Notes: a model not told the origin generated them from the letters alone. A stretch of 55,194 nt of DNA, filler included, from Porpidia crustulata (GCA_964255105.1; 4 parts of 4 records of this genome joined end to end with filler, not necessarily neighbours in it); one strand, 5' to 3'; positions 24,498-41,382 are shown, counted from the whole stretch's first letter. Numbers and translations are program-made.

Positions 24498-25363
24498 ATG
24501 GGCTCCAAACGTTCTCATGACCTTGAAAATGAAATCGACGACACTCGAAGTACTTCTGAAACCAAGCAACGACGGCCAGTCAAGCGTCCACGTCCAAAAA
24601 CGTCGAGTTCCCACTCCACCTCTAGTACAATAGCTATCAATCCGATAAAGGCGAAAATTCGCGATGTTGCTCGTCTCCTCGAGCGCTCGGATAATCTTCC
24701 TGCCGGGGTTCGAATTGAGAAAGAAAGAGCACTGGCCACTTATAAACAAGACCTAGCTGAGGCAGAGACAGAGAAGCGGAAGCAACAGATGATTAGCAAG
24801 TATCATATGGTACGATTCTTTGGTTAGTCATAATGTCTAAAGATATTGCCCACAGTGCTTCCATCTTTCGAGTCTAAATTCTGATTTCGAGTGTTCCAGA
24901 GCGTCAAAAGGCGACACGAGTCTTTAAGAGACTTAAAGCACGCATCGCTGATACAGATCAACATAGCGCGGAATATGAAGATTTGCAGAAAGCCGCTCAT
25001 GTGGCGGAGGTTGATGTCAATTATGCATTGTACCACCCACTTAATCAAAAATACCAGAGCATTTATCCGCGCAATGGTTATAGTGATGCCACAACCAAGG
25101 ATGGTATCGATAAGAGAATGGTGGGGAAAACAAGCACTTCAAAGCCAGCAATGTGGAAGTTGGTTGAGATTTGTATGACAGAAGGGACGTTGGAGGCATT
25201 GAGGAATGGACGGTTGAGAGGGAGTTTGCCTCTCACCAGTTCACAACAGCCTACAACAACGGCAGCTAGTCAGAACAAATCAGGGAATGAGAAGCTATCA
25301 GCAAAAAAGAACATTTCACAAGAAACCGAAGACGGTAGTGATGGTGGATTCTTTGAAGAATGA
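24498..25363 (+). CDS. EFG1: rRNA-processing protein Efg1
   Basis: Intron 24823-24899 restores KYHMVRFFERQKATR; also VDVNYALYHP...KYQSIY and a C-terminal DGGFFEE. Confidence 0.92.
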
Positions 25364-25597
25364 GATCCTATGGACTCATTGTATTCTATCTTTGGCGGTG
25401 AGGCAAAGTGCATACCCACCAGGTACAACCGCCAGGCCATGTGCCCTAAATGAGTACAGCATTTGGATGTGTATTCTAGTTTGCCGACCTTCAAAGCCAT
25501 GTACAGTCCCAGATCTCGACCACGACCCTCAAAGTCATCGCTCATCTACCTTTATTTCATCCCACGTTGATATCAAGCTCAATTTCACAACGCCTGG

Positions 25598-26143
25598 TCA
25601 CCATGAATGAGCCACCACGACATCGATAACCTGCGCGCTGCCCACCAAAAACCTGCCGCCAAGTAATGGCCTGTTCCCCGTGAGACATTTGTTTATGATG
25701 GCGGCAGCCGCTTGCGCGATGAGTGCTGGCGGAAAACTATCTTCGACGTTGGGCCTGACTTGGATAGCTGCAATCGCACACGACTGATACTGCCAGCGAA
25801 AGGGCGCCCAAATACTGCCTATCTTACCCCATTGTCTGGGGACTAGGCAGAAAGGATCGGACATGACCGCTGTCACAGCGCCAAAGCAATCGTAAATAGT
25901 GGCGATGGGCATCAGGGGAGGAGTACCCGGAGTTGGCACGAAGCAATAAGCGCCAGAAGTCAACGTCGTGTTGCTTATTGGAAGACCAGTGGCTGACACG
26001 AAGCTCCCATCGTTTGTTGGAGGAAGGAGGCTGCGCGCTACGTTGGAGTTGATTTTGGACGAAATCGTTCTGAACGAGGGGAGAGCAACTACGGTGACGA
26101 GAAACCCAAGTACACTTCCGAGTAATGTGTGTGAGATGAGCAT
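25598..26143 (-). CDS. Small secreted cysteine-containing protein (effector-like, possible KP4/Ecp2-like fold)
   Basis: 181-aa intronless ORF with a signal peptide, a pro-region ending NVAR and a C-terminal pattern DC...W..QSCAI...DSF...IAQAAAAIINKC...GG. Confidence 0.8.
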   Translation of the reverse strand: MLISHTLLGSVLGFLVTVVALPSFRTISSKINSNVARSLLPPTNDGSFVSATGLPISNTTLTSGAYCFVPTPGTPPLMPIATIYDCFGAVTAVMSDPFCLVPRQWGKIGSIWAPFRWQYQSCAIAAIQVRPNVEDSFPPALIAQAAAAIINKCLTGNRPLLGGRFLVGSAQVIDVVVAHSW

Positions 26144-26848
26144 CGCGGGAGGTGTTTGTCACTTAGGCTGTGGAGTGTGTCGGTATTGATAGGAAACAGA
26201 TATCAATGCATCATGGCTTTCGATCTTTCTATGTATGGCAGATAGAGGATGGGAGACGCTATATAATATGGTCTAAAAGATGCTGGAAGCTGTATCCGTC
26301 CATAGCGACCGACTCGCTCCTGTCGGCTCTGACTTTGTTTCATACACGCCCTGGTCATGTAGTTGCTCTTATGTGAGAGCACTGTTGGACTACCTCATGG
26401 CGTCAAGCGTCCGATATCCGGTTATGCGATCAACTTCGACATTAGGTAGATACATGTCTTTGATACGTGACGAAGATGCAAATCCCCTAAACATAATTCT
26501 ACGGCATGGGTTGCTTTATAACGTTCACCTCGAGTAAGTAGCCCGTAGAGGACATCTATCCAGCTATTGCAGCCCGTACCTAGCCAACAGAAGAAACATT
26601 AGATAGTCCGAGCAAGTCATGGAAAGTCTTTACTGAATGACTCATTCACTTGGCGACCCTGCTATCTCCGTCCCCCGTCACGCACTGACTTGATCCACAA
26701 ATTCACTTCGACCTCGGCTCTTGCCGCCAATACAATCGTGACCGTCTCATTGTTCCTGAATTAGATATATTTCCATTTCCAACGTTATCACCTCCTAATC
26801 ATAGCCTCCCCCGCTCCCCGTAGTCTCTTTCGCCGCCTCCTGAGCATC

Positions 26849-27562
26849 ATGCCAGGGCGGCGAGGCGGCGGCTCCTCCAGAGGTGGCGGGCGTCCTCCGC
26901 CATCGAGAGAAATGACCATTTCGAAGGCGATGAGCTTTGTGCTGCGGCATGGTGCGGAGAGGGAGGGCTTGAAGCTGGATAAGGATGGCTACGCTAATGT
27001 TGCTGAACTTGTACGTCAAGAACTTCTTCTTGCTTGCGAGCAATGGGACTGAGGCTTCTTCTTTGTCACAGTACACTCTTCCTGTTTAGAATTATTTTAT
27101 TTTATTTGGGTATGTTTCATTGAACCGATTAGGTACAGAATACATGCAAGTTCTTCAGTTACAACGATTACCCCTTTTTGCATTTCATTTCCAGGCGACT
27201 TTTTCTTAATCGAATGAGGGCAAAAATACGTACTTTATACTGCGTTTGCCATTGTCAAACCCCATAAACTCTGCCAAATTCTCTCGCCGTACCCCAAATT
27301 AATCGTAATACCCTCCGAAAGCTGTCCTGGCAACGCCTCCGCTCCCTCAAAGTAACCTTCCCCGAACTCCGCGAGGTCGTCACCACCAACGACAAACAAC
27401 GCTTCAAACTCATTCCGGTCCCCTCCATGACCATTCCCGCTCTCACCTCCGCCTCGCCTTCAGAAACCGCAGTCCCGGACCCAATCCCTAATCCCACCCC
27501 CTTGGCCTCGGACGACCCCCAAAACTACCTCATCCGCGCCGCCCAAGGCCACTCCCTTGCGG
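26849..27562 (+). CDS. TPT1: tRNA 2'-phosphotransferase Tpt1/KptA; 3' part lost in the gap
   Basis: Motifs SKAMSFVLRHGA, NDKQRF and IRAAQGHS. Intron 27011-27321 (311 nt). Confidence 0.93.
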
Positions 27563-27662
27563 NNNNNNNNNNNNNNNNNNNNNNNNNNNNNNNNNNNNNN
27601 NNNNNNTTAATTAATTAANNNNNNNNNNNNNNNNNNNNNNNNNNNNNNNNNNNNNNNNNNNN
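27563..27662. other. Assembly gap spacer
   Basis: 44N-TTAATTAATTAA-44N. It truncates the 3' ends of two convergent genes, so the true gap must exceed 100 nt. Confidence 0.98.
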
Positions 27663-28573
27663 GTCAGTAGGGGTTGCGGGTTGTCGCGTTCGTAGGCGCG
27701 GAAGGCCCAGAAGGCGAAGAGGAGGTTGCCGACGGTGACGGCGAGGGAGATGAAGTAGTAGGTGCTCCATTTGTGGTCGTGGGAGACGAGAGCTGTGGCT
27801 ATCAAGGGGCCGATGGTGCCGCCGATGCCGTAGCTGCCGTGGAAAGCGCCGAGGGTCATGGTGGGGTTTGTGAGGTTGGCGCAGAAGACGTTGTTGAGAC
27901 TGAGACCGAAGGCTATTCCGAGGCCTATGAAGAAGAACGCCAGCACGACCACGGGGAAAGGCGGAGTGCAGACGAGCATGATATAGGCGACGATCATGAG
28001 ACTCTCCGCCAGCACGATCATGTTGGCTCTGCCCAACCTGGCTTGCAAGGCATGGGTGATAGGGGCAGCGCTGATGAAGCCAACGGCATTGGTGATGAAA
28101 ATCAGGGACACAATCGCATAGCCGATATGATAGTCTTTCTCCATGTATGGAATCAAAGCACCAGGAGCGCTGTCATTCAAGCCATTACCAAAACACATGA
28201 AGCAGGCGCTCAGGAGACGATACTTGTTCATAGGTGGATTATTCAGCGATTGGACAACATCAGCGGCGCCGTCAGTTGTGGGAGAAGGCGGCCGGCTCAT
28301 CTCGAGCTCGTTTGGGGTGATTGGGGTTTGAACTCCACTTGGGGGGTACGATGCTCGGGCGCCAGCGGGAGTTTGGGGAGTCGAGGGTCCATTGTAACGG
28401 CTACCCCAGGGAAGGTTATCGAGTTCGTAGGCGGGTAAATCGTTTGCCGGGGTGTCTTGGAGAGCGCCTTGTGGGCGATATTGTTTTTGGAGAACGGCTG
28501 GTGGATCGGTGATCTGGGGCCTTTCGTCAATCATGAAGGCACCGATAGCACTATTCGACGGCAGAGACGACAT
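27663..28573 (-). CDS. MFS transporter (FucP/Bsc6-like); 3' half lost in the gap
   Basis: Motifs GLNDSAPGALIPYME, ARLGR (MFS motif A-like) and HGSYGIGGTIGP; six TM segments before the gap. Confidence 0.92.
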
Positions 28574-29087
28574 AGTGGAATAGTGGCAACAATTCAGCGA
28601 GCGTTCTTGGTATAGATAGGTGCAATAATAAAAGAAATCAACAGAACATCAATTTCTCGAGTTAAAACAGTGTTTTAAAGCTGAAATTGGCGAAATTTGA
28701 ATGTAAGAGAGAATTTGGAAATCAGTGTTTGAGCAATTCACTAGTAGCATTATTACAAAATTCATCCATGTAAATGACTCATCGCATAAGCTTTCGTTAT
28801 CATTCAGATGCTTATCAAGTCTTTATGCTCATGGCCAGAGACAGAGACTTTACTCGGTCGCAGTGGTAGAAACCCTGTGGAGTTGTGCGGTTCTCGTGAC
28901 GACTATTCTATATCTGGGTTTTGGTGGGGGAAAATCTTCTTGGGCTAAAAGTATTGGCGAGTCAGCTTTACTTTTCCACAGGAAAGACGGCTAAAACACT
29001 CGGCATACCTTCCTCCGCCCCAATCTACTACCCACAACAAACATTCGATTTTCCATCCACTTCTGGCAACTCTGGAAATTTGCCTTT

Positions 29088-29557
29088 ATGGGTAGACCGA
29101 AACGGAATTTCTTGGCGACCGCCGAAGAAACGTCCAGTCCACCAACATCACTCGGCCAATGTCACGCCATAGCCAGGGTCAAGAAGGCAGAAGGCAAGAA
29201 CCTTTATTCGGTAGAGCTCTCGCCGGGAGATCGACTGTTACTGGTTGAGCTCCCATCACGTTTTCGTTCTCAAATATGGATCAAGCGAGGCGGATTTGTC
29301 GTGATTGACATGACCGCTTTCGACGATCGTGACAACAAGCTGGATGGAGAGATATCAAATATAGTGCGTGAGGAAAAGCAATGGCGAAAGCAGGCGTACT
29401 GGTAATTATGTCGCTGACCGAACATTGATGGATCGGCTGATGATACTCAAGGCCTGCCGCCTTTGTGAAGACTTCGGGTTACCCAGAGGACAGCGAGGAA
29501 GGCGAGTCGGTTGTGGGCAAGATGCCGCCATCGGAAGCTTCCGATGTTGAGGAGTAA
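29088..29557 (+). CDS. eIF1A-domain (eIF1AD-like) S1/OB-fold RNA-binding protein
   Basis: Motifs ARVKKAEGKNLYSV and LVELPSRFRSQIWIKRGGFVV. Intron 29402-29451 gives YWPAAF followed by an acidic tail. Confidence 0.9.
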
Positions 29558-29592
29558 CCGAGATACATTCGAAGATGGAGTACTAGAGGGTT

Positions 29593-31056
29593 TTATTCGA
29601 CTCTGATATCCTCAACTCCGTCAGTTTCGACTGGGACCTCCGTATCAGGGAACTCGTTGAGCGTGCCCCACCAAACGCCGGCCACTTGTATGGCCAGACA
29701 CCCTACCACAACCATGGAGCTGGTATTCGTACTTGGGTACACATTCCATGCCCACTCCTGCGCCGCCCAGACCATGTAGATCAGGATAGGGTGCAGCCCG
29801 GCTCTCCATAATAGAAACGGTGTGGACCATGCAATGTATGCATAGAATTGGTAATGCAGGCTTCGCGCACACAGGAGACCGATCGCGAGGGAGCTCAGAA
29901 TGGTTGTCATAATAAAGGAAGGATTAATGCGGAGAGAAATCTGTTGCTGTACGTTGGCTGGTAGAGGTTTGAACAGAGTGGAGAGTAGACCTATCACGGA
30001 AAGTCCTGATGGTTTTGTCCAATGAGTGATCAGGTTACTTCCAAGGAGGCTTAGGTTCGTGATAGCCAAGGCTGTCGCAAAGTCGCGAGATAGGAAAACC
30101 TCTTCGCCCACAAATCTCCAATTGACGGTCCATTTGAACAGGAATTGCCTGGTGAACTCAAATGCACGTGACAGGTAGCCGAGAGCGTTGACCGGTATGA
30201 AGGGAAGTGCGATGACGAACTAGAATTGGAAATTAGCGTACAGGCATACGACATACTTGCTAGGTCAGTACCTGCACCTGGGCCATCAGGAACGCAGCGT
30301 TCATGGCGCGCCGTAAAGGTAGCGCTTGCAAGAGCATGATACCGACTGCAGGAGCAGCGAGCAGCAAGCTCATCTTGATGCCTACGCCGAAAGAAAACGC
30401 AACACTCCCTATCGTCCAGATCCTTTTCTGGTAGGCGTAGATGGCAATGAACAGCACCCCAATCGCAAAGCAGTCATTAAAGAGCCGGAGGAGGAAGATA
30501 CTATGAAGGCGCTTGGAGAGAATGAGGAGCGGAAACAGGTACGGAGGCGCCTGCAATGATCACCTTGATTAGCTGCGAGCCCGATGGCGGTAGAGGAACG
30601 GGTAATACCTGAGCCATTCTGTAGCAAGCCATCACCACACCCAAAACGCTCAAGTAAACCCCGCCGAAGATACATTGCGCCAGCAGTATGTTTTTACCCC
30701 CATCGGTCAGGAAGTACAGCAAGTTGTAAATGTACAAATGCGCCGCAGGATAGACCAGAGGACCGGTGCTCCCCTTGATCAAGGTGTAATCGCGTTCTCC
30801 ATTCCGGTATTGCGACACCTGTTGCATATACGCAAGCCAGTCAATCTCTGTGTCTGAACCGGATCAGCTTCAAGAATTTACAGAGCTTCAGTTGACGAAT
30901 TTCTCCGGAAGCGAAGCTTGAGACACGGGGCTCACAGGGAATTTTCCAAATCACGAGGGCGCAGAGGCCGGTATCGGCGAGGAGAAGAAGGAGTGAGAGC
31001 CATCGCGTGTGCTTTGGGTTGCTGGCGAGCTCAATGGCTTGGTGGTAGAGGTCCAT
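29593..31056 (-). CDS. ALG3: Dol-P-Man:Man5GlcNAc2-PP-Dol alpha-1,3-mannosyltransferase
   Basis: Multi-exon; motifs [56 protein letters not shown] and WNVYPST. Confidence 0.96.
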
Positions 31057-32950
31057 GGGCCTGCCCTTCGACTCGCCAGGACTGTGTAAAGCTCTTGGAT
31101 ACAAAAACTTAATTGTCGGAAGAGCCGCATGGAACTAGTAACGGTAGCGTCATAAATAAATTACACCAGATCGTTCTTTAACATCTTCATCTATCCTTTG
31201 CTTGTCTGGTAGTCCGTTCATCTCCCGCAATGCATCATAGGAGAGAAATAGAGATCTCACATGACTTGTGCAACTCTCTTGAGACTTGGCTTGAAAAACC
31301 CTTACGAACCGCATTCATCGCTCAACAATCGAGATAAGTCTAAGCTGATTCCCAACAGCCTGAAAACACTGCTAGTCGAGAATGGCTTCATTGCGCGTCG
31401 GATATGTGAATTAATCCTCTGGCTAGATCAGATATACAGGGCTGCCGTTGATAATCTGAGCTTTTGCAATGATGCCTCCCATGTTCTCAATGTTTCCTAT
31501 GTGTGAGACAGTCTGGCGTTCTTAGCATCTATTTGGTATTTTGTAACTAACTAGAATACTCTCCACGGGATAATTCAGCATCGATTTAAGGATCAGAGCG
31601 TTTTAAAGGATTAGTCTTCTCACGGTACGAGTTCCAGGAAGCTATACACCGCCAACAAATAGATACCAGCTTTGCTAGCGGCTTTGGAAAATGGATTAAG
31701 AGCGAAGATTCCTTTAGCAGTAAATCCCCCCTGCTTTCCTTCTAACAGAGCTCAATCGACATAAGAAAGAACCCCGCTATAATCGAGTAAAGACATCAAG
31801 ATATAGACTTGCGACAGGCAGGCGGAAAGTATGGAATTCGCCTGAAAAACATAGTATACGCGCTCTACGCACGAATATGAACGCTCTTCCTATATGACAA
31901 TATTTTTTAAAGCTGCTCGATATTAGGGCTTGACCAGCTGGCCAGGTCTACCTCCAGGACTCAGAGCTATGCCCTTCGACACGAAGACCGACACGAGCAG
32001 AGTAGGGAGAATTTCCAAGTTCGCCATGTTTGCTGATTACCAGACAGCAGAGTAGGGAAAGAATGCAGTAATACCAAGCAGATTGCCACATTTTGATGCA
32101 AAGACCAGTAGATCCAACCCTTATTAATAACCAAAAAAGGAAGTGATAAGACCTAGCTGTTCCCCTCGTATTGACCCACATGAAGCATAAGACAACTTAC
32201 ATCATGACATACTTAATAACTTGATGACTTCAGCACCAAGTCTACCTTTTTCTTGCAAAATTTCAATTACAACCAATTGATATGAAGAAACGTTACGCAG
32301 CGTTAATATTCTAACCGATGGTGGCTGGATCGGGACACGGGAAGAGGTAGCCACCCGCTTTGTGGGGGAGGGGCAGAAGGGTCCAACAGTGCAACGGTTT
32401 TGAGGCAGACTACGTTATTCTTTTCCATCAAATTATACGGGGCCTTATGATCCTTGACTGACGCTGATGTATGCACGTGGAAGGAACGTAATGAATAGAT
32501 GATATGGAGATCAAGTCGATTGCTAGAGTAGGACGATATGATTTTTATCCGCTGCGCTAAAATTGAATTTTATTTGCTCGATCCAAACGAGCATTTCTCA
32601 ACATTGAGTTAGCACATACCTTAATGTAGCTTCACCATCTGCATAACATATTATTTACAAGTACATACTTTATCATCGTTGAGAATATGCCTTACCGTCT
32701 GTCTGTTTATAAATTTGATTGCGGTGCGGAATGTGGTTCGTACTGACTTGGAATATTCTACGCTCAGTTTCACCGCCGCATCACATGCTTATCGACGACC
32801 ACACCTAGAGCAAGAGTTGAAAGTTTCAACGGCGACCACTGTGGTCCGTCTCCTTTGCTGTTGTTGCGACTGTGATCAAGATCGGGATCTTGTCGCTTCA
32901 CTACCATAATCCATCATCCACAGTTCCGGGGCTATTCCTGCCAAGCAGGG

Positions 32951-33526
32951 ATGATGGAGGCAACGTCGCAGGAGCAGCCTGGTGATAAATTGTCCACGAC
33001 AGATTATCGGGTGTACAACAGGATGGCAGAACACATGGAATACTTTGTATTCTCCATGCCCAACCAAGCGCTGTCTGTGATCTAACGATTTGCGAAGCAC
33101 AACAATTTCAGACAGACTTGGAAAGTGCTCTACTCCGCCTGTGAGAACGGCAAGAAACCTTCGCACATGTCTATACGACAATTCTTAGCCACAGGTACAC
33201 AATTCTGTCATCATCTCCATGTCCATCACACAATCGAAGAGCAACATATTTTCCCCGTACTTGCGAAAAAAATGCCTGCATTCAGGCAAGAGCTTGAACT
33301 GCTCACGCAGCACAAGCAGATTCATGAAGGGCTGGACAAGTTCAAGGCATACTTGGAAAGCTGTGCGTCTGGAGAACTCGATTTGAGATTTGAGGACCTT
33401 AAGAGGCTGATGGACGGCTTTGGAGATGTTCTCTGGACTCACCTTTCCGACGAAGTGAAACAGCTCGAGGCCACGAATATGCGGAAATATTGGACCTTAG
33501 ATGATATGAGATCAATGCCCATGTAG
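32951..33526 (+). CDS. Hemerythrin-like (HHE cation-binding) protein
   Basis: Intron 33047-33097 joins MAEHMEYF|HNNFRQTW. Metal-ligand motifs HHTIEEQHIFP, QHKQIH and HLSDEV. Confidence 0.9.
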
Positions 33527-34402
33527 AGCATATCTCGGCAAATACCAAACAAAGAATTGGTTTCACAACTGATTTACCACTCCATGACGAAAGCTCGATC
33601 TTCACTCCTCCCATTCCTAGAAAATGAAAGGGCGATGAATAACAAGTAGTGTATTCCTCCATAGCAGTGGGCTCAGCTTAGACTGTAGTAATTGAGTGGG
33701 AAAACGAATTATATGCAGACATCCTTAGTGAAGTCTTTGCGATCTGGTGCTTTGCTGCTGAATGATGTCTTACACGTGCAGAAAAAAGCTGATTCTCCAA
33801 CTGAATTAGAGCAAATATAAATACACAATTTGGCTCTACTTCGTCTCGCCAGTAACCACATCACTCCCAAGCTTATGATATGCAGATCCTTTAGATTGGG
33901 AGCAACTGCAAGCGATCGATTATCATACCTAGTGTGTAGCGTCCGCGATTATGTGTTCGGGCCTTGTTTTGGTTCCCCAACTTGACCGCACTGGTTGCAC
34001 GGCATTAGCAAACCTTGACGTGTGCTTGCTGTTGATAAATCTTGACAGTCATCCCAAAATTCCCTATCCATCGTTGACGTAAGAGAGAGAGAAAGAGAGT
34101 GCCTTGGTGAATCGGCCGGCAGGACGGAGAGAGGGTTGTGGTGTGGGCAACAGGTATTAGCGTGCCACATCATTATAATCAACGGACACCTCACTCAGCA
34201 ATTTTTGAGTACCTATATTAAGGCTATTATTTGCTACAGAATCCAAAGTGTGGGGACAATACTCAGAGACACAGGTCTATCGATGTCCACAGACAAGCGT
34301 TTCACATGTAATAACCTCGGATTCCTTATCTCAACAGACGGTTTAGCAAAGGATAGCTATACACTTCTGCCGGCACGCCTTCGTGGCAGATAAGTCGCGA
34401 AG

Positions 34403-38214
<3,812 letters not shown>

Positions 38215-38983
38215 CCGCGATATTCGCATAGCCTTGATTTGATAAGATAGCATTGCTTTACGAGTTATGCAGTAGACGTTGGAGGATGGGTTATGATGGT
38301 TTTGCGGACCATCGTGCGTTGGTAGGGAACCCCAACTTGGATTCTCCATTCCCCACGTAGTTCCTAGGTTTATTGGCATATCGGTATTCTTACCACTTGA
38401 ATGTAATGGTGAAGATAATTCGCAGTGATTTGGTTGATTCGATGGCTTACAGGAATGCCTTAGTGGTGCCAAGGAAGGAGATGCATTCGGTTGCTGAACA
38501 TTACACTTTCTATTTTTTGCTTCTTGTGGATGAGATATCACCGAATGCTGATTCATAGGGTGTGGAGCTGTGGGATATGCATACATGTCATTATATGTAT
38601 ACATATAGATATTGAATATTTTACTGTTCATAAAGATGGTGTTGTGTACCTTCCATCGAATGGAGCTTTGTTATCATTGGTCATACCTTTGTAATCAGAC
38701 TAGCAGCCCTATCGGTTCAGTCGGCATTTATGCGTGCCACGGAACAAAAGGTACGGCCCGAGCTGACATCATCGGCCGAGGCATTACAAAATACAGATTT
38801 TTACCTGGAGTAGGGGAGTTATTACTACACTATACCTCGTCGTCATGGCTGTACCATTCTTTCTGTCAAGTCACTGCATAGGCCTGGCAGAAGGATACAA
38901 TCGTAGAAGACTACTCTACACCTGCCGTGCACCTCCGATCAAAGAGCACATACTGCTTGCACTCGATAATACTACCAACCGCA

Positions 38984-40586
38984 ATGATGCCCCGTACATT
39001 GGTGCAGAACCCTCACACGGGACTCTTCGAAGAGAAGCTGGATACCTCTCCGCATTCGAATGTTTCTAGCGATGGTCACAACTGGGACGTTACTCCTGAA
39101 GACAAGCCAAAATCTGAAAGCGATGGTAGAAGCAGTCCAAACTCCACTCGGAACGAAAGGCCAGATGACGGAGGAGAAAATGGCAAAGACACGTGTCCGC
39201 CAACACCTGTTGGATTTTGGGATCGGAGGATAAACAAAGTCAGGCTCCAAGTGATTGGACTTTGGGCAAGAACAGGCAAGTAAGAGTGATGGAATTATAC
39301 TGGATGTCAGAAACTCATACCTCGGAATAGTCCTGATGCTCTCGGCATTCATACTGGCGGTTTTGTCAATGTATTGGGCTGTTCTCTTCCATATTCCGCA
39401 GAATACCTCATCCCTCAACGTTTTCGTGGTGGATTTCGATGCAAGACTGCCACCCTACACAGGGGTTACACCTCTGATAGGCCCACTTATTACGCAAACT
39501 ACACAGAAACAGCTTGCAGGCCCTATTCCCCATCTTGGCTTTGAGACGAGGCAGCCGTCGGAATTCAACAATGATCCGATGCAAGTCCGGCAAGCTATCT
39601 ACGACTTCGACGCATGGGTTGGGATCGTGATCAACGCGAACGCTACCGCTCTCCTTCAGCAAGCCGTTGAAGAGGGAAATACTTCCTACGACCCGCTGGG
39701 CGTGGCGCAGATATACTACGTCGAAGCTCGAGATCAGGATACTTACTTTAACAACATCCTGCCCCAAATAAGCAGTCTTCAGACCGAGCTCACAGCCACG
39801 TTCGGCCAAATGTGGACACGCCAGGTCCTTGCCAACGACAGCATATCCCGCACCGCTCTGCAGCGCGTTCCGCATGCCCTAAGCCCAGCAATCGGTTTCT
39901 CGATATTTAGCCTACGGCCATTCAGCCCTTCTGTGGCGACGCCAGCCATTACCATCGGACTCATCTACCTGATCATCATCTCCTTCTTCACCTTCACCTT
40001 CTTCCTCCCCATCCACATGAAATTCATGGACGCCTCCGCCGGCCACCCACCTCTCAAATTCTGGCAGCTTATCCTCTGGCGCTGGAGCTCAACCATTACC
40101 GCCTACCTCTTCATGTCTCTCGCCTACTCATTCATCAGCCTCGCCTTCCAAATCCCCTTTGCGAACCCCTCTGCCGCCGCGACGGAAGTCGCCACGAGCG
40201 CCGACGCGTACGGCAAGGGGACTTTCGTCGTGTACTGGATGATCAACTTCGTGGGCATGATCGCCCTCGGCATCGCCTGCGAGAACGTCGCCATGGTCAT
40301 CGGCCAGCCCTGGACGGCGCTCTGGCTCATCTTCTGGGTCATCACCAACGTGGCCACGAGCTTCTACTCCCTCGACCTCTCCCCCCGGTTCTACTACTGG
40401 GGCTACGCTTGGCCGCTGCACAACATCGTCGAGGCGTCGCGGTCTACCTTATTCGGCCTGCATTCGCGCATCGGGCTGAACTTTGGGGTGCTGCTCGCGT
40501 GGTGTGCGGTCAATACGGCGTTGTTCCCGTTTTGCTGCGTGTTTATGAAGAGGATGGCGGAGAAGGAGAAGCAGAAGCAGAAGTAA
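38984..40586 (+). CDS. SNG1: SNG1-like / DUF3533 membrane protein (nitrosoguanidine resistance family)
   Basis: Motifs LSMYWAVL, VVDFD, INANAT, GKGTFVVYW, FWVITNV and FYYWGYAWPLHN. The frame requires a GC-AG intron at 39276-39330. Confidence 0.88.
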
Positions 40587-41034
40587 AGGTAGGAGGTCGG
40601 AGTGAAGGGGTTGGAAATCTTAAAGCTGCTGAGAGTGGGAGGATATTTCCGCATAGGAAATCAAGCGATTGATTCAGAACAATTTACATCGGTACCATTA
40701 GGCACGTGCATCAGCGTCGACGTCGCCCGGGTGTTTTGTAAATAACTCACGTAGAACCACTGTATATATGATTGAGACAAACAAACTATGATCCGAACCA
40801 CCCACACACCCAACAATTTAAAACCAAATCTACGCCCTTTACAACTTTTCCCCACACCGTCTTTTCCCCATCATCCCCCATAATATCTGGCCTCTGCCGA
40901 ACACCCTTTCCCCCAACCACCCCAGCGCTGCAATCACTGAACCGCCCACTCATCGTGTCTTCGAACTGACAGTTGTGACAGCTTCACGTATAGCTCTAGG
41001 GTAGCTGATGCAAATGGACGGAGGTTGTTGGAGA

Positions 41035-41145
41035 GGGGAAAGGGAGCTTGGGGAGGGAAGGGTAGGTGTGGAGGTGTGGAGGTGTGGAGAGGGTGTGTGA
41101 GGGTGTGTGAGGGGATATAGATATGGATATGGATATTGATATGGA
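41035..41145 (+). repeat. Low-complexity G-rich tract with short tandem repeats (GGAGGTGT, GAGGGTGTGT, ATATGG)
   Basis: Imperfect tandem repeats and G-runs are directly visible. Confidence 0.75.
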
Positions 41146-41382
41146 CACTTATGCAGATACGGGTGCGGATATGGTGAGAGAGATAGCGGTGGGTAGGGGT
41201 GGAACAGGTAAGAAAGGAGGAAATGACGGTGAAGCGGGGAGAGCACAAGGACGCAAGGACTTTTGAAAAGAAAAAATTAAAGCGTCTGGGAAAGAAGTCA
41301 GAGTTCTTTTTCGACAAATATGCAAATGCTCACGTCAACCCTCCATTCTAACGGTCCCAAGGACATGGATCCCCTATACTAC

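Noticed and set aside
27674..28438. 254-aa plus-strand ORF
   Set aside because: Antisense shadow of the GC3-rich MFS gene.
31200..32900. Long intergenic stretch with short ORFs
   Set aside because: No coherent exon chain, repeat or RNA structure was recognised.
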